DNA from: Octopus sinensis | Lineage: Eukaryota | Length of the DNA: 64,000 nt | Direction of reading: 5' to 3' | Assembly: GCF_006345805.1 (NCBI RefSeq) | Contig: NC_043022.1 | Span: 6,262,001-6,326,000 of the forward strand | Shown: positions 50,517-62,700 of the stretch, one piece after another | How positions within the stretch are numbered: position 1 is the first letter of the stretch | Layout: every line of letters starts with the position of its first letter | Notes under the pieces: model-generated | Databases searched by the model: none | What the model saw: only the letters and a program-made list of their open reading frames with translations | Told to the model about the DNA's origin: nothing | Translations under genes and position numbers: made by a program

Positions 50517-50984
50517 ATACTGTGCCAGGTTCTGGAGCCTTCTTGAGGCTGTAGTGGAAGCAGAGGGTGGTGAATCCCTGCCATAATTAAGTTGATATTT
50601 TTTTCAGCTTTTAGCCCTTTTCTCATTCAGATTATCAAATGTGATGCTTATTTATTGGCAGTTTTAAATTTATTGCTAACTTTTTTGTAGCTTCAAGATA
50701 TTCACCCGTTAGCACTTAAACCAGCCATTTCTGGTCCCAAATATTCCACCCATTTTGTGTTCAACCTGGACACATCTGGCCTCTTACACTTATCCTATAA
50801 TGTCATTCTAGTAAAACTAAACAATCCCATCATTGAAATCTCAAAGCTACGAGATGATTAATTAGAAACAATTTGATTGAGAAAGCATTACTTTCGTTAG
50901 AGGAGTTGATTGCTAAAGCAACAAAGTGTCTTGTTTACTGAGAAAGATATTGCAATGAATGATGAAAATGTTTTGGAGTTTCAG

Positions 50985-51057
50985 CTGATAATAGCAGGGG
51001 TGTTTGCCTGGAAAAGGGCAATGGAGATGAGCCAGAAGGGCCATTCCACTTCACAAG
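50985..51057 (+). CDS. candidate exon (phase 0 to 1): LIIAGVFAWKRAMEMSQKGHSTSQ
   Basis: tttcag acceptor, AAG|GTTTGC donor; hydrophobic stretch followed by KR. Confidence 0.45.
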
Positions 51058-51088
51058 GTTTGCCCTGTAGAATCCCTATTTTGATTAA

Positions 51089-51306
51089 CTTTTTAGCAGC
51101 TAAACCAGCCATCTATGGCCAAAATAGTCTGTTTTATGTTCAAAGTGGCCTGATCTAACCCTTCACACATACCCTACAATGTCATTCTAAAGATAAACAA
51201 TCCCATTATTGAAATCTCAAAGCTATGAGATAATGCATAATTAATCCAAAACAATGTGAAATAAATAAGGATTACATTTGACAGAGTAATCAGAATGCTG
51301 AAAGGG
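51089..51306. mobile_element. piggyBac-type MITE
   Basis: TTAA at 51085-51088 and 51307-51310, AAAGGG|TTAA end; partial copies at about 50705-50880 and 51745-51852 (inverted). Confidence 0.8.
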
Positions 51307-51320
51307 TTAATGATATAATT

Positions 51321-51740
51321 TACTCTTTTGCTCTTTTACTCTTTTACTTGTTTCAGTCATTTGACTGCGGCCATGCTGGAGCACCGCCTTTAATCAAGCA
51401 ACTCGGCCCTGGGACTTATTCTTTTTGTAAGCCCAGTACTTATTCTATCGGTCTCTTTTGCCGAACCGCTAAGTAATGGGGACATAAACACACCAGCATC
51501 GGTTGTCAAGCAATGCTAGGGGGACAAACATAGACACACAAACAAACACACATACATATATATATATATACATATATACGACAGGCTTCTTTCAGTTTCC
51601 GTCTACCAAATCCACTCACAAGGCATTGGTCAGCCCGGGGCTATAGCAGAAGACACTTGCCCAAGATGCTACGCAGTGGGACTGAACCTGGAACCATGTG
51701 GTTGGTTAGCAAGCTACTTACCACACAGCCACTCCTGCGG
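51321..51740 (-). mobile_element. SINE family A
   Basis: full-length colinear copy. Confidence 0.9.
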
Positions 51741-51918
51741 CAATTGTTTATATTTAGAATGGCATTGTATGGTAGGTGTGAGAGGCCAGATTTGACTAGG
51801 TTGAACATAAAACAGGGAGAGTGTTTGGGGCCAGTTGAAATGCTAAAGGGTTGAAATACTTTTATTTCTTGGAATATTTTGTTTTCCTTTTCCCTTTATG
51901 CAAACTGTCAAATTTAAG

Positions 51919-51999
51919 GCAAAAACCCTGCGACTGATGATGTAACTCTTTATTAGATGAACAATCAGGGCCAGAGAAGGAGGAGCGGAGCCTCCTTCG
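51919..51999 (+). CDS. candidate exon (phase 1 to 1): (G)KNPATDDVTLLLDEQSGPEKEERSLL
   Basis: tttaag acceptor, C|GTATGT donor, 81 nt open, non-repetitive. Confidence 0.55.
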
Positions 52000-52234
52000 T
52001 ATGTGCTGGGTGGAAGGGAGCAAGTTACTTTGAAAACAAACACCTGGCTTAAATGTCTGCTAAAGAGAATTTGTGATGTCAAAACGGGGGATGGATTAAC
52101 CCCACCACCTCCAAACAGCACCTGTTCCTCCCGCTGGTCTCTCTATACAGTTACTGTTTATCAATTCTTACTTACAAAGCTTTGTGCAATCTGCCACGTG
52201 TTGGAACTGAACTTGTGAAGTCGGACTCTTATCT

Positions 52235-52430
52235 ACAAAGCCAGCAGATTTAAGGGTTGGGGTACATCAACCCCTATGCTCAACTGGTACTTCTTTTAAG
52301 GACCATGAAAGGATGAAAGGCAAAAGTCAACCTCAGCAGAATTTGAACTCTGAACATAATGATGGAAGAAATTCTGTTCAGCATCTTTTTCGAAGCATTT
52401 TTTGGCCATTCTACTTGTTTCCTGCCTTAG
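52235..52430 (-). mobile_element. Meta-like SINE, diverged
   Basis: aaaggatgaaaggcaaaagtcaacctcagcagaatttgaact. Confidence 0.7.
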
Positions 52431-52499
52431 TAGGCGCTCATACCGTTGACCATAGTTTAACAATATTTTCTTTATACATAGCAAAAAAAAAAAGAAAAT

Positions 52500-52912
52500 A
52501 GGCGCGGGAGTGGCTGTGTGGTAAGTAGCTTGCTAACCAACCACATGGTTCCGGGTTCAGTCCCACTGCGTGGCATCCTGGGCAAGTGTCTTCTGCTATA
52601 GCCTCAGGCCGACCAATGCCTTGTGAGTGGATTTAGTAGACGGAAACTGAAAGAAGCCTGTCGTATATATGTATATATATATATATGTGTGTGTGTGTTT
52701 GTGTGTCTGTGTTTGTCCCCCTAGCATTGCTTGACAACTGATGCTGGTGTGTTTACGTCCCCGTCACTTAGCGGTTCGGCAAAAGAGAACGATAGAATAA
52801 GTACTGGGCTTACAAAGAATAAGTCCCGGGGTCGATTTGCTCAACTAAAGGCGGTGCTCCAGCATGGCCGCAATCAAATGACTGAAACAAGTAAAAAAGA
52901 GTAAAAAGAGTG
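52500..52912 (+). mobile_element. SINE family A
   Basis: full-length colinear copy. Confidence 0.9.
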
Positions 52913-52976
52913 AAGAAAATCAATTTTTGTCATCCTCATTGATTATTAAATAGTTTAAACGTTTTGTTTATTAAAG

Positions 52977-53008
52977 AAATGACACCAGAAGAGGATGAAG
53001 AATATTAA
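52977..53008 (+). CDS. candidate terminal exon (phase 1): (Q)MTPEEDEEY*
   Basis: gttttgtttattaaag acceptor; stop followed by about 500 bp of very AT-rich UTR-like sequence with AATAAA near 53346. Confidence 0.45.
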
Positions 53009-54586
53009 TGATAAAAATTAGGCATTGATTTAAATACAAATTAGTTAATTTCTGAAATAACCCTCAATGAATTCATTATGATTTTAAAAGATCAGTTTTG
53101 TGTCATTTTTCTGGGGTTTTTTTTTCACCAGTCTTTCATGAAGAAAACATTTGCCGATGATAATGAATGGGGGACAAAATTTTGTACAAAATTTCATTTT
53201 GCAGTAAATTAAAAAGAAATAATCTTTCTAATCGATGACTTGTTGCAATTAAATTTAATTTGTATTTTTGATATTTTAGTTAATGTTATATCAGAAGATT
53301 AATGAGTCCGTTACAGAAACTAATATTGCGACAATGTTACGAGAAAATAAATTCATTAAATTGTGCATGTAATTAAGCAACCTTAATGATGATGCAGTCG
53401 TAAAATTATTATTAACTTGGAAATACAGTTTTTTTTATTAAAGAGTGAGATCTAGTTATGATTAAAGATGCTAATCTCTGGTTATTAATATCAACCAGTA
53501 AACATGGATTGTTTTTAAGAAATGGTAGCAAAGAGACAGAAGATTATGGCACAGTGAAACAAGAAATAGGAAGGAGAGAAAGTTCCAGAAAAAGAAAAAA
53601 ATAATAATGATGATGATGATTTCATATATTTGCCATCAGGGCAAAAGATGAGGATGACATTACAAAGACAAAGTGTTGGATGCCTACATATAATGAAATG
53701 ATAGAAAAAAAAGTTAAGCATACACAGCGTAGAATGAAAAGGAAGGGAAAGATACATAGTATGGAAAGGTTTAAAGAAAAAGAAGAAAAAGGAGGGGTGA
53801 GGATGAGAGATGTCACCCTCCTGATGCAGGGTGACCTCTAGAGATAAATGAGGAACCCTACTGTCAGAGATTTCCCTGAACACCAGGAGGATATCCAATT
53901 TTGTTCTCTCCAACTCATAGGTCTACACTGAGAGAGGTAGCATCCATTCTTGCCATTTTCACAATTTTCACCCACCTTTCAATAAACTCACTCAAGGACA
54001 GCACCTCCCTATCCATTTTCAAGTTAAACTTGAAAAGGTCAATGGGATCTCTACCCAAGAAGAAATCTATCTGTCCTCATGTCTTTCAGCCTTGTCCACC
54101 AAGCAACCTCTTTCACCACAGCCACCAAGCAAAGGAAGACTGCCTTGCCTGCTCCACTGAAGAAGGGCGGAGGTGTGATCCTCATTACAGACTTGGCCAA
54201 TAGACAGATCCATCCCACACATGGCAATATCTATTCGACATAACTCCATAAATCAGTAATGTCCAGACGCTGAAGCAGAACAGTTTCATCCCCCTGTGTG
54301 CACCTCGGACAAGTCCATCTGGAGTTACAACTGTGATGTTGTTGATAAAACATGTTCTTTGTCTATCCTTGTCTAACATGTTCTTTCCTTATCCTTTTTG
54401 TGATTTTGGATGATAAGAAAACTATACAAATGAATCCTTCGAATTTAACTGAATTCTATATTTTTATGCAGCTGAAGATTGCTCTACATTTTAAAATTGA
54501 TGTAATACTTGCATTGTTCAATTAAATGGAGTCGCATGAAACGATCGTACTGCATTACCTCTGGATATCCTTGTTGCTTATTTTGA

Positions 54587-54589
<3 letters not shown>

Positions 54590-54630
<41 letters not shown>

Positions 54631-54845
54631 TGTGTGTATGTGTCTATGTCTGTTTGTCTCCTACCATTGCTTGACAATCAGTGTTGGTGTGTTTACATCC
54701 CTGTGACTTAGCAGTTCAGCAAAAGCGACTGATGGAACAAGTACTAGGCTTACAAAGTATAAGTCCTGGGGGTCGATTTCTTCAACTAAAACCCTTCAAG
54801 TCAGTGCCCCAGCATGGCCACAGTCAAGTGTCTGAAACAAGTAAA
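54590..54845 (+). mobile_element. SINE family A 3' half
   Basis: colinear, diverged. Confidence 0.8.
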
Positions 54846-55157
54846 CGATAAAAATTGAACAGTCTTTTATTGTTGTACTAAAATATGGTCCCTGTTGGTA
54901 ATCCTTAAGGGTCTGAGGGAGATAAGGGGCCGAAATACTGTGCAAGCTGTGAAAACCAATGTATTTGTGAGTTGTGTATGAAATAAAAAGCAAAATATTT
55001 TCCATCTTCACATCCGACTCCAATCAGCCTGGAAGATGGACATTAAAACACAAAGATGATGATGATGGTGATGATGATAGTAATGATGGATATGAAAAGG
55101 ATGATATATATGAGTCAGATACTGTGGATACTGTCACATTGTATTTGAACATGGAAG

Positions 55158-55460
55158 CACTCCGTCGGTTACGACGACGAGGGTTCCGGTTGATCCGAAT
55201 CAATGGAACAGCCTGCTCGTGAAATTAACGTGTAAGTGGCTGAGTACTCCACAGACACATACAGGTACAACAGAAACAGGAAGTAAGAGTGAGAGAAAGT
55301 TGTGGTGAAAGAGTACAGCAGGGATCACCACCATCCCCTGCGGAGCCTCGTGGAGCTTTTAGGTGTTTTCGCTCAATAAACACTCACAACGCCCGGTCTG
55401 GGAATCGAAACCGCGATCCTATGACCGCGATTCCGCTGCCCTAACCACTGGGCCATTGCA
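55158..55460 (-). mobile_element. tRNA-headed SINE, non-CORE body + C tail, internally deleted
   Basis: near-identical to 1761-2108. Confidence 0.8.
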
Positions 55461-56349
55461 CACGTAAATATACACACACATAAATATACATATACACATG
55501 CATACACACACACACATTTAAATATACACATGCATACATGCACACACACACACACACACATCCATACATGATGGCTGCAAACTCGTGTTTGAATATTGCC
55601 ATCACCTGATCAAAAGTTCCACTCCTGCAAAGGCTATGACCAGCCATTTTTGTGATGGGCTTCACTCTTTTTCCTTTTCCAAACGAATGCGTGAGCATGA
55701 TGAATTTTTTTTATACAGTGGGGAAAGGATTTGCCCAAATCCAATCCCCCCGCCTCTCAACATGGACAACATAAATGCGAAAAGAAGAACTATTCTACAT
55801 CATTGAATATTGTCAGTGTTGCAGGTTTTCTCTCAGAGTTTTTCCTTTTCCAGAGAGATGTTCTGACAACAACAGAGGGGACCTCCCATTCCCAGTGAGC
55901 CAACTGCACACCTGGTCACCAATCCAGGTATTTCCACATCACCGCACATACATACATATTGTTGGATGGCCATTGACTGCTCATGAGCTTTTCTGCCCTT
56001 TGACAGGTCTTATTTTTCATCCTGCAGGGTGTCCAATAATTGCCCTTCTCACCAAGCAAGTTTGATGGGGTTACCAGTTTAGTCGCTGACAACCCAAACA
56101 TACAACAAGTACTTGGTTACATGTTACCAGTAGCACCCAAGAATGACCTGATATATGTATACATACATACGAGGATGTCTTAAATATGTAATTATATGCA
56201 TGAGAATACATACATACAAATCTGCACATACATACATACAAACAAAAATACCCTGTTGTTGATGGTGAAATTCCAATGAAGGAACCTTGGATCTAGGTTC
56301 TTTCTCTACTGGCAAGAAATCTTGAAATAAATTTTAAAATGACATACAT

Positions 56350-56776
56350 AGGCGCAGGAGTGGCTGTGTGGTAAGTAGCTTGCTAACCAACCACATGGTT
56401 CCGGGTTCAGTCCCACTGCATGGCACCTTGGGCAAATGTCTTCTGCTATAGCCCCGGGTCGACCAATGCCTTGTGAGTGGATTTGGTAGACGGAAACTGA
56501 AAGAAGCCCGTCGTATATATGTATATATATATATATATATAAGTGTGTGTGTGTGTGTGTTTGTGTGTCTTTGTTTGTTTCCCTAGCATTGCTTGACAAC
56601 CGATGCTGGTGTGTTTATGTCCCCGTTACTTACCGGTTCGGCAAAAGAGACCGATAGAATAAGTACTGGGCTTACAAAAAGAATAAGTCCCGGGGTCGAG
56701 TTGCTCGATTAAAGGTGGTGCTCCAGCATGGCCGCAGTCAAATGACTGAAACAAGTAAAAGAGTAAAAGAGAAAGA
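56350..56776 (+). mobile_element. SINE family A
   Basis: full-length colinear copy. Confidence 0.9.
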
Positions 56777-57139
56777 GTATACAACATTCTTTCTCTTTCC
56801 TGGTCCCAACATTTCTGATAGGGTTGTGGGGTGAAGACATCATAATGTATGGTGTGTCTTGGGCATTTTGAACCTGGGAGAGTCAATTCCTCTCTGGGGT
56901 TGAACAGTTGGTTCCTTCCAGAGAGAAAATATAAGATAAGGAAAAAGTGTTAAACTGGTTCTTAGTCAACCCCAAAGGGAAAAGGAAAGCTGACCTCAGT
57001 TGGGTCTGAACTCGGAGTGAAGTGATCTGAAAATATGCTGTAAAGTATTCTATCTGACATTTTAATGATTCAGCCGAGTCCACTTCAACTGGCCCTGTTC
57101 TCTTTACCACCGTGCCAAGGTGCACAAGAAAAGAAAAAG

Positions 57140-57260
57140 ATCTCATAACAGTCTAACGATTCCTGGATGAGTATCTCCGACAAATTCCAGGAAAATCCCT
57201 ACGGCCACACGTGTCTCTGCAAACTCTTTACTCAAATGAGCAAAGGTGCCCCAAGATTCA
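57140..57260 (+). mobile_element. CR1/Crack-group LINE C-terminal remnant
   Basis: RFLDEYLRQIP...SANSLL pattern across a frameshift; a weaker similar remnant at about 53955-54050. Confidence 0.45.
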
Positions 57261-57584
57261 CTGTAAAATGAATCATCATTAGATGTCTTTCCCAGGTGGT
57301 GTAAGTTAGGCAACAGCAGGACCAATTCTGGCCAAAACTGATCTAAGCATCAAAGTTTATAGCTCTAGACTCATGAAAAAAAAAGGTGGGGGGGGGGTTA
57401 AGTCACATTTCCTAGAGAATAGGAAATAATTTGATATAAAAAGCCGCCAACATTTCATATACTGATAATGATACTGAAAAGTTTAGAAACATTAATGATA
57501 ATGATTTTAGGCTCTGTATTTCTCAAACAAGCTACACAAGACATGAAAAAATACCCTAATAATAAATATTAAAACAGATGATAG

Positions 57585-58085
57585 GGGCAGGAATGGCTGT
57601 GTTGTAAGAAGTCTGTCTCCAAACCACATGGTTCTGGGTTCAGTCCCACTGTGAGGCACCTTGGGCAAGTGTCTTCAACTATAACCTCGGGCCAACCAAA
57701 GTCTTGTGAGTGGATTTCGTAGATGGAAATTGAAAGAAGCCTGTTGTATGTATGTATGTATGTATGTATGTATGTATGTATGTATGTATGTTGTATGTAT
57801 TTATGTATGCATGTATGTATGCATGTATGTATGTATGTATGTATGCATGTATGTATGTATGTATGTATGCATGTATGGGTGTGTATATGTTTGTGTGTGT
57901 TTGTCCTCCACCATCGCTTAACAACTGATGCTGGTGAGTTTACATCCGCATAACTTAGCAGCTTGGCAAAAGAGACCGATAGAATAAGTACTAGGCTTAC
58001 AAAGAATAAGTAAGTCCTGGGGTGGATTTGCTTGACTGAAGGCGTGCTCCAGCATGGCCACAGTCAAATGACTGAAACCACTAAA
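57585..58085 (+). mobile_element. SINE family A with expanded (TATG)n
   Basis: colinear, diverged. Confidence 0.85.
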
Positions 58086-58097
58086 AGAAGAGAATAG

Positions 58098-58530
58098 AAG
58101 AATAAGGCTGTGACATGGCAGATTTGCCCCAGGGGCAAAATGCTCGACAGCATTTCGTCTGTCTTAAGTTCAAATTCCACCAAGATCAACTTTGCCTTTC
58201 ATCCTTTTGGGGGTCAATAAAATAAGTACCTATTTCTTTATTACCCACAAGGGGCTAAACACAGAGGGGACAAACAAGGACAGACATAGGTATTAAGTCG
58301 ATTACATCGACCCCAGTGCGTAACTGGTACTTAATTTATCGACCCCGAAAGGATGAAAGGCAAAGTCGACCTCGGCGGAATTTGAACTCACAATGTAACG
58401 GCAGACGAAATACTGCTAAGCATTTCGCCCGGCGTGCTAACAATTCTGCCAAAGTACCAGTAAAACACTGGGGTCAATGAAAGCGACTGAACACTTGCTC
58501 CTCAAATTGCTGGCCTTGTGCTGAAACTTG
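58098..58530 (+). mobile_element. Meta-like SINE (host) interrupted by a nested copy
   Basis: halves 58098-58230 and 58452-58530. Confidence 0.75.
58231..58451 (-). mobile_element. Meta-like SINE, long-tail subfamily
   Basis: 7-bp TSD AAGTACC at 58224-58230 and 58452-58458. Confidence 0.9.
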
Positions 58531-58727
58531 AATCCAATATGACACATGTAGATGTGTCTGCGTGTGTGCATGAATGTGTGTGTGTATGCATGTATGAATA
58601 TGTGCGTGTGTGTATGAGTGTGTATGTGAATGAATGTGCGTGTGTGTATGAGTGTGTATGTGAATGAATGTGTGTGTGTGTATGTGTGTGTGTGTGTGTG
58701 TGTGTAGATAGATAGACGGAGAAATCT

Positions 58728-59128
58728 CTTACTCTTTTACTTGTTTCAGTCATTTGACTGCGGCCATGCTGGAGCACCGCCTTTAATCGAGCAACTCGAC
58801 CCCGGGACTTATTCTTTTTGTAAGCCCAGTACTTACTCTATCGGTCTCTTTTGCCGAACCGCTAAGTAACGGGGACATAAACACACCAGCATCGGTTGTT
58901 AAGCAATGCTAGGGGTACAAACACAGATACACAAACACACACACATACATATATATATATACATATATACGACAGGCTTCTTTCAGTTTCCGTCTACCAA
59001 ATCCACTCACAAGGCATTGGTCGGCCCGGGGCTATAGCAGAAGACACTTGCCCAAGATGCCATGCAGTGGAACTGAACCCGGAACCATGTGGTTGGTTAG
59101 CAAGCTACTTACCACACAGCCACTCCTG
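58728..59128 (-). mobile_element. SINE family A
   Basis: full-length colinear copy. Confidence 0.9.
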
Positions 59129-59165
59129 CTGATATTTTTGTTTGTGTTTTAGTATATTAGAAGAC

Positions 59166-59390
59166 TGCGGGGGCACGTGGCTTAGGGGTTAGGGATGTTG
59201 GACGCACAATCATAAGCCTGTGGGTTTCAATTGTGTCCTTGAGCAAGACACTTCATTTCACATTGCCCCAGTCCACTCAGCTGGCAAAAACGAGTTTAGC
59301 CTGCAGAAGGATGGGCTCCGCCAGGCTTTCTCACCCTAGATATGCAGCATGGCTGTAGTGGCCCCATGACCCCCAAAGGGTTAGGGAACA
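59166..59390 (+). mobile_element. CORE-like SINE with a different tail
   Basis: gtggcttaggggttag head, gtgtccttgagcaagacac body. Confidence 0.6.
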
Positions 59391-59532
59391 TGTCAGTTGT
59401 CAATGTTAGTACAGTATCTGAAAAGATAGGGTATTACTATAGCATGATCCCAGGTAAGCTTTCTGTTAATATACCCAGGTGCTTCACAAGGACAATACAG
59501 GAGGAAAACATTGCATAAACACATATAGACAT

Positions 59533-59950
59533 AGGCACAGGAGTGGCTGTGTGGTAAGTAGCTTGCTAACCAACCACATGGTTTCGGGTTCAGTCCCACT
59601 GCGTGGCAACTTGGGCAAGTGTCTTCTGCTATAGCCCCGGGCCGACCAATGCCTTGTGAGTGGATTTGGTAGGCGGAAACTGAAAGAAGCCTGTCGTATA
59701 TATGTATATATATATGTATATATATATATATGTGTGTATGTGTTTGTGTGTCTGTGTTTGTCCCCCTAGCATTGCTTGACAACCGATGCTGGTGTGTTTA
59801 CGTCCCCGTCACTTAGCGGTTCGGCAAAAGAGACCGATAGAATAAGTACTGGGCTTACAAAGAATAAGTCCCAGGGTCGAGTTGCTCGATTAAAGGCGGT
59901 GCTCCAGCATGGCCGCAGTCAAATGACTGAAACAAGTAAAAGAGTGAAAA
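59533..59950 (+). mobile_element. SINE family A
   Basis: full-length colinear copy. Confidence 0.9.
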
Positions 59951-59967
59951 GAGAGAGATACACACAA

Positions 59968-60000
<33 letters not shown>

Positions 60001-60181
60001 GAAAGCACACACGTGTGTGTGTACAGGCGTTTGTAATATTAAAAAGTATGGAAGTCAGCAATTCCATAAATCCGGATATCAAAATTTCTGGAAATCGTTA
60101 CGGTTCATTTGGCACTGGAATAAAAAAAACAAAAAAAAACAAATTGAAGAATCTTGCCAGCTTCTTTGTGTGTGTGTGTGT

Positions 60182-60217
<36 letters not shown>

Positions 60218-60894
60218 AGCTCTGCTTTCCATTAATTGTCTGCAACCAATGTCGAATGTTGGAACCGCTAATTAGGGGCTGCGGAAGCAGAAGTAAGAAT
60301 GCATGCATTTAGCCTGCTGAGACGTTGGCTGGTCAACGTTGCCCGTCATGTGGCGGCAGCAGTAGCAGTTGTTGTTTGTTATCTAATCATTGTTCTTCTC
60401 ATTCTTATTTAAGAAATTTAATTATCTAGTTTGTTCATTCTTCTATTCCAACAAAACCACCACCACCACCACCACCACCATCATCATCATTATTATTATT
60501 ATTATCCCAAGGCAACCATTCATCCCAATTAATCAGAGCCAATGCCCCAATTCACACTCATTCACTCAATCAACCATTCAGCCAGCTCTATCTCCACTGT
60601 GGTGTTTCTTTGCTTTTGTTGTTGTTGGTGGTGGTGGGGGGGGGTATTTTCTTTTCCTGCAATTTCTTTTCGTTTATTTGAATGGTTTTTTTTTCTTGTT
60701 TTTATTTTCATATTTCATTTCTTATTTGTTTACATTTTGCTTGTTTTGTTGTTGTTTTTTTTTTTTCTTTTTTCTCACCCCCACCCCCACCCCTCCAATT
60801 TCTGTTTTTCAAATGAACAAAACATAATTATCGTATTAAATTATTCTTAAACACATACACCAATTTAAAACATAAGTATACATACATAAATACA

Positions 60895-60938
60895 TATGTG
60901 TGTGTATATAATATTGCATACACATTTACACAATGTGT

Positions 60939-60970
<32 letters not shown>

Positions 60971-61058
60971 ATATATATATATATATATGTATGTATGTAT
61001 ATATATATATGTATATGATATATATATATATATATACGAGTGTGTGAGTATGCATATA

Positions 61059-61097
<39 letters not shown>

Positions 61098-61916
61098 TAT
61101 CTGTGTTTGTGTGAGTGTGTATGCACACACATATATTTACAAATATATACACATACATTATATATGTGCATACACGCATGTAAATATATATATGTTATAT
61201 AAAACAATCACATGTGAGTGTGTATGTGTGTTTTTATTAATGTCTGTGTGTTTATATGTTTATAAGTTCACATAAGTATACATACACACACGTGTGTGTG
61301 TGTGTGTGTGTGTGTATTGTGAGGGCTGGGCAAAGGCTGACAGATCCATGTAAGTGCTGATGATGTTGATGGTGATACGTGTGAGATGATCCACAAAAGG
61401 CATAAATATATGTCTTTTTAATGGTGACCTGTTCACATGACCCGGGAGCAAGATTAATTCTTCCAGTGATTCCCTCCTATAAAAGAGACTCACTTATATC
61501 CGTCTCAGTGGCATTCTTTGGTTCCCTTCTCTTTTACTGGTGCTTCCAGAATCCATTTGTGGTAGGTGATCCTTTCTTTTTGCATTGCATAACATATACG
61601 TGTGTCTGTGTGTCAGTGTGTGAATGCTTTTTTTATAATATTTCATATGTATGTATATGGAAATATATGCACATATATATATATATATATTATATATATA
61701 TACATATATATATATACATATATATATACATATATATATATAAGATATATATAACATATATATATATACATATATATATACATATATATATACATATATA
61801 TATACACATATATATTACACATTATATATACATATATTATACATATATATATACTATATATATAATATATATTATATACATATATATTACCTATATATAT
61901 ATATATATATATATAC

Positions 61917-61958
<42 letters not shown>

Positions 61959-62505
61959 TTATACATATATATATACATATATATATACATATATTATATA
62001 TACATATATATATACATATATTATAATATATATATACATATATATATAGACATATATATATATACATTATATATATATGTATATATATAATATATATATA
62101 TATACATACATATATACATACATATATAATATATATATAATATATATATATTTATGTGTGTATGTATATACATAGATACGTGTACATGTGTATACATATG
62201 TGTGTGTATGTATTTGTGTATATATATATATATATTATACATACAGATATATATGCACATGCGTGTGAAAAAATATATATATATACATACATATACATAC
62301 ATGCATATACATGTACATTTATATACAGTACATATATACATGTACATATATATATATGTGTGTGTTTTGTATGTGTACGTATNNNNNNNNNNNNNNNNNN
62401 NNNNNNNNNNNNNNNNNNNNNNNNNNNNNNNNNNNNNNNNNNNNNNNNNNNNNNNNNNNNNNNNNNNNNNNNNNNNNNNNNNTATCATATATATATATAT
62501 ATATA

Positions 62506-62536
<31 letters not shown>

Positions 62537-62560
62537 CTATATATATATATATATCTATTA
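60895..62560. repeat. (TA)/(TACA)/(TG) compound microsatellite fields
   Basis: direct inspection; interrupted by unique sequence at about 61320-61600. Confidence 0.9.
62383..62482. other. assembly gap (100 N)
   Basis: run of N. Confidence 1.
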
Positions 62561-62565
62561 TACAT

Positions 62566-62700
62566 ACGCGCGGGAGTGGTGTGTGGTAAGTAGCTTGCTT
62601 ACCAACCACATGGTTCCAGGTTCAATCCCACTGCGTGGAACCTTGGGCAAATGTCTTCTAGTAGGCATTGTTTGGTAGACGGAAGCTAAAAGAAACCTAT
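62566..62700 (+). mobile_element. SINE family A 5' part, internally deleted
   Basis: gcgggagtggtgtgtggtaagtagc head. Confidence 0.8.

Noticed and set aside
53521-53830. Alternative terminal or internal exons (NGSKETEDYGTV…; AKDEDDITKTKCW…)
   Set aside because: Need phase 2, incompatible with the 51919-51999 donor; purine-rich low complexity.
55405-55460. tRNA genes at SINE heads
   Set aside because: A/B boxes run into SINE bodies; no complete cloverleaf or discrete 3' end.
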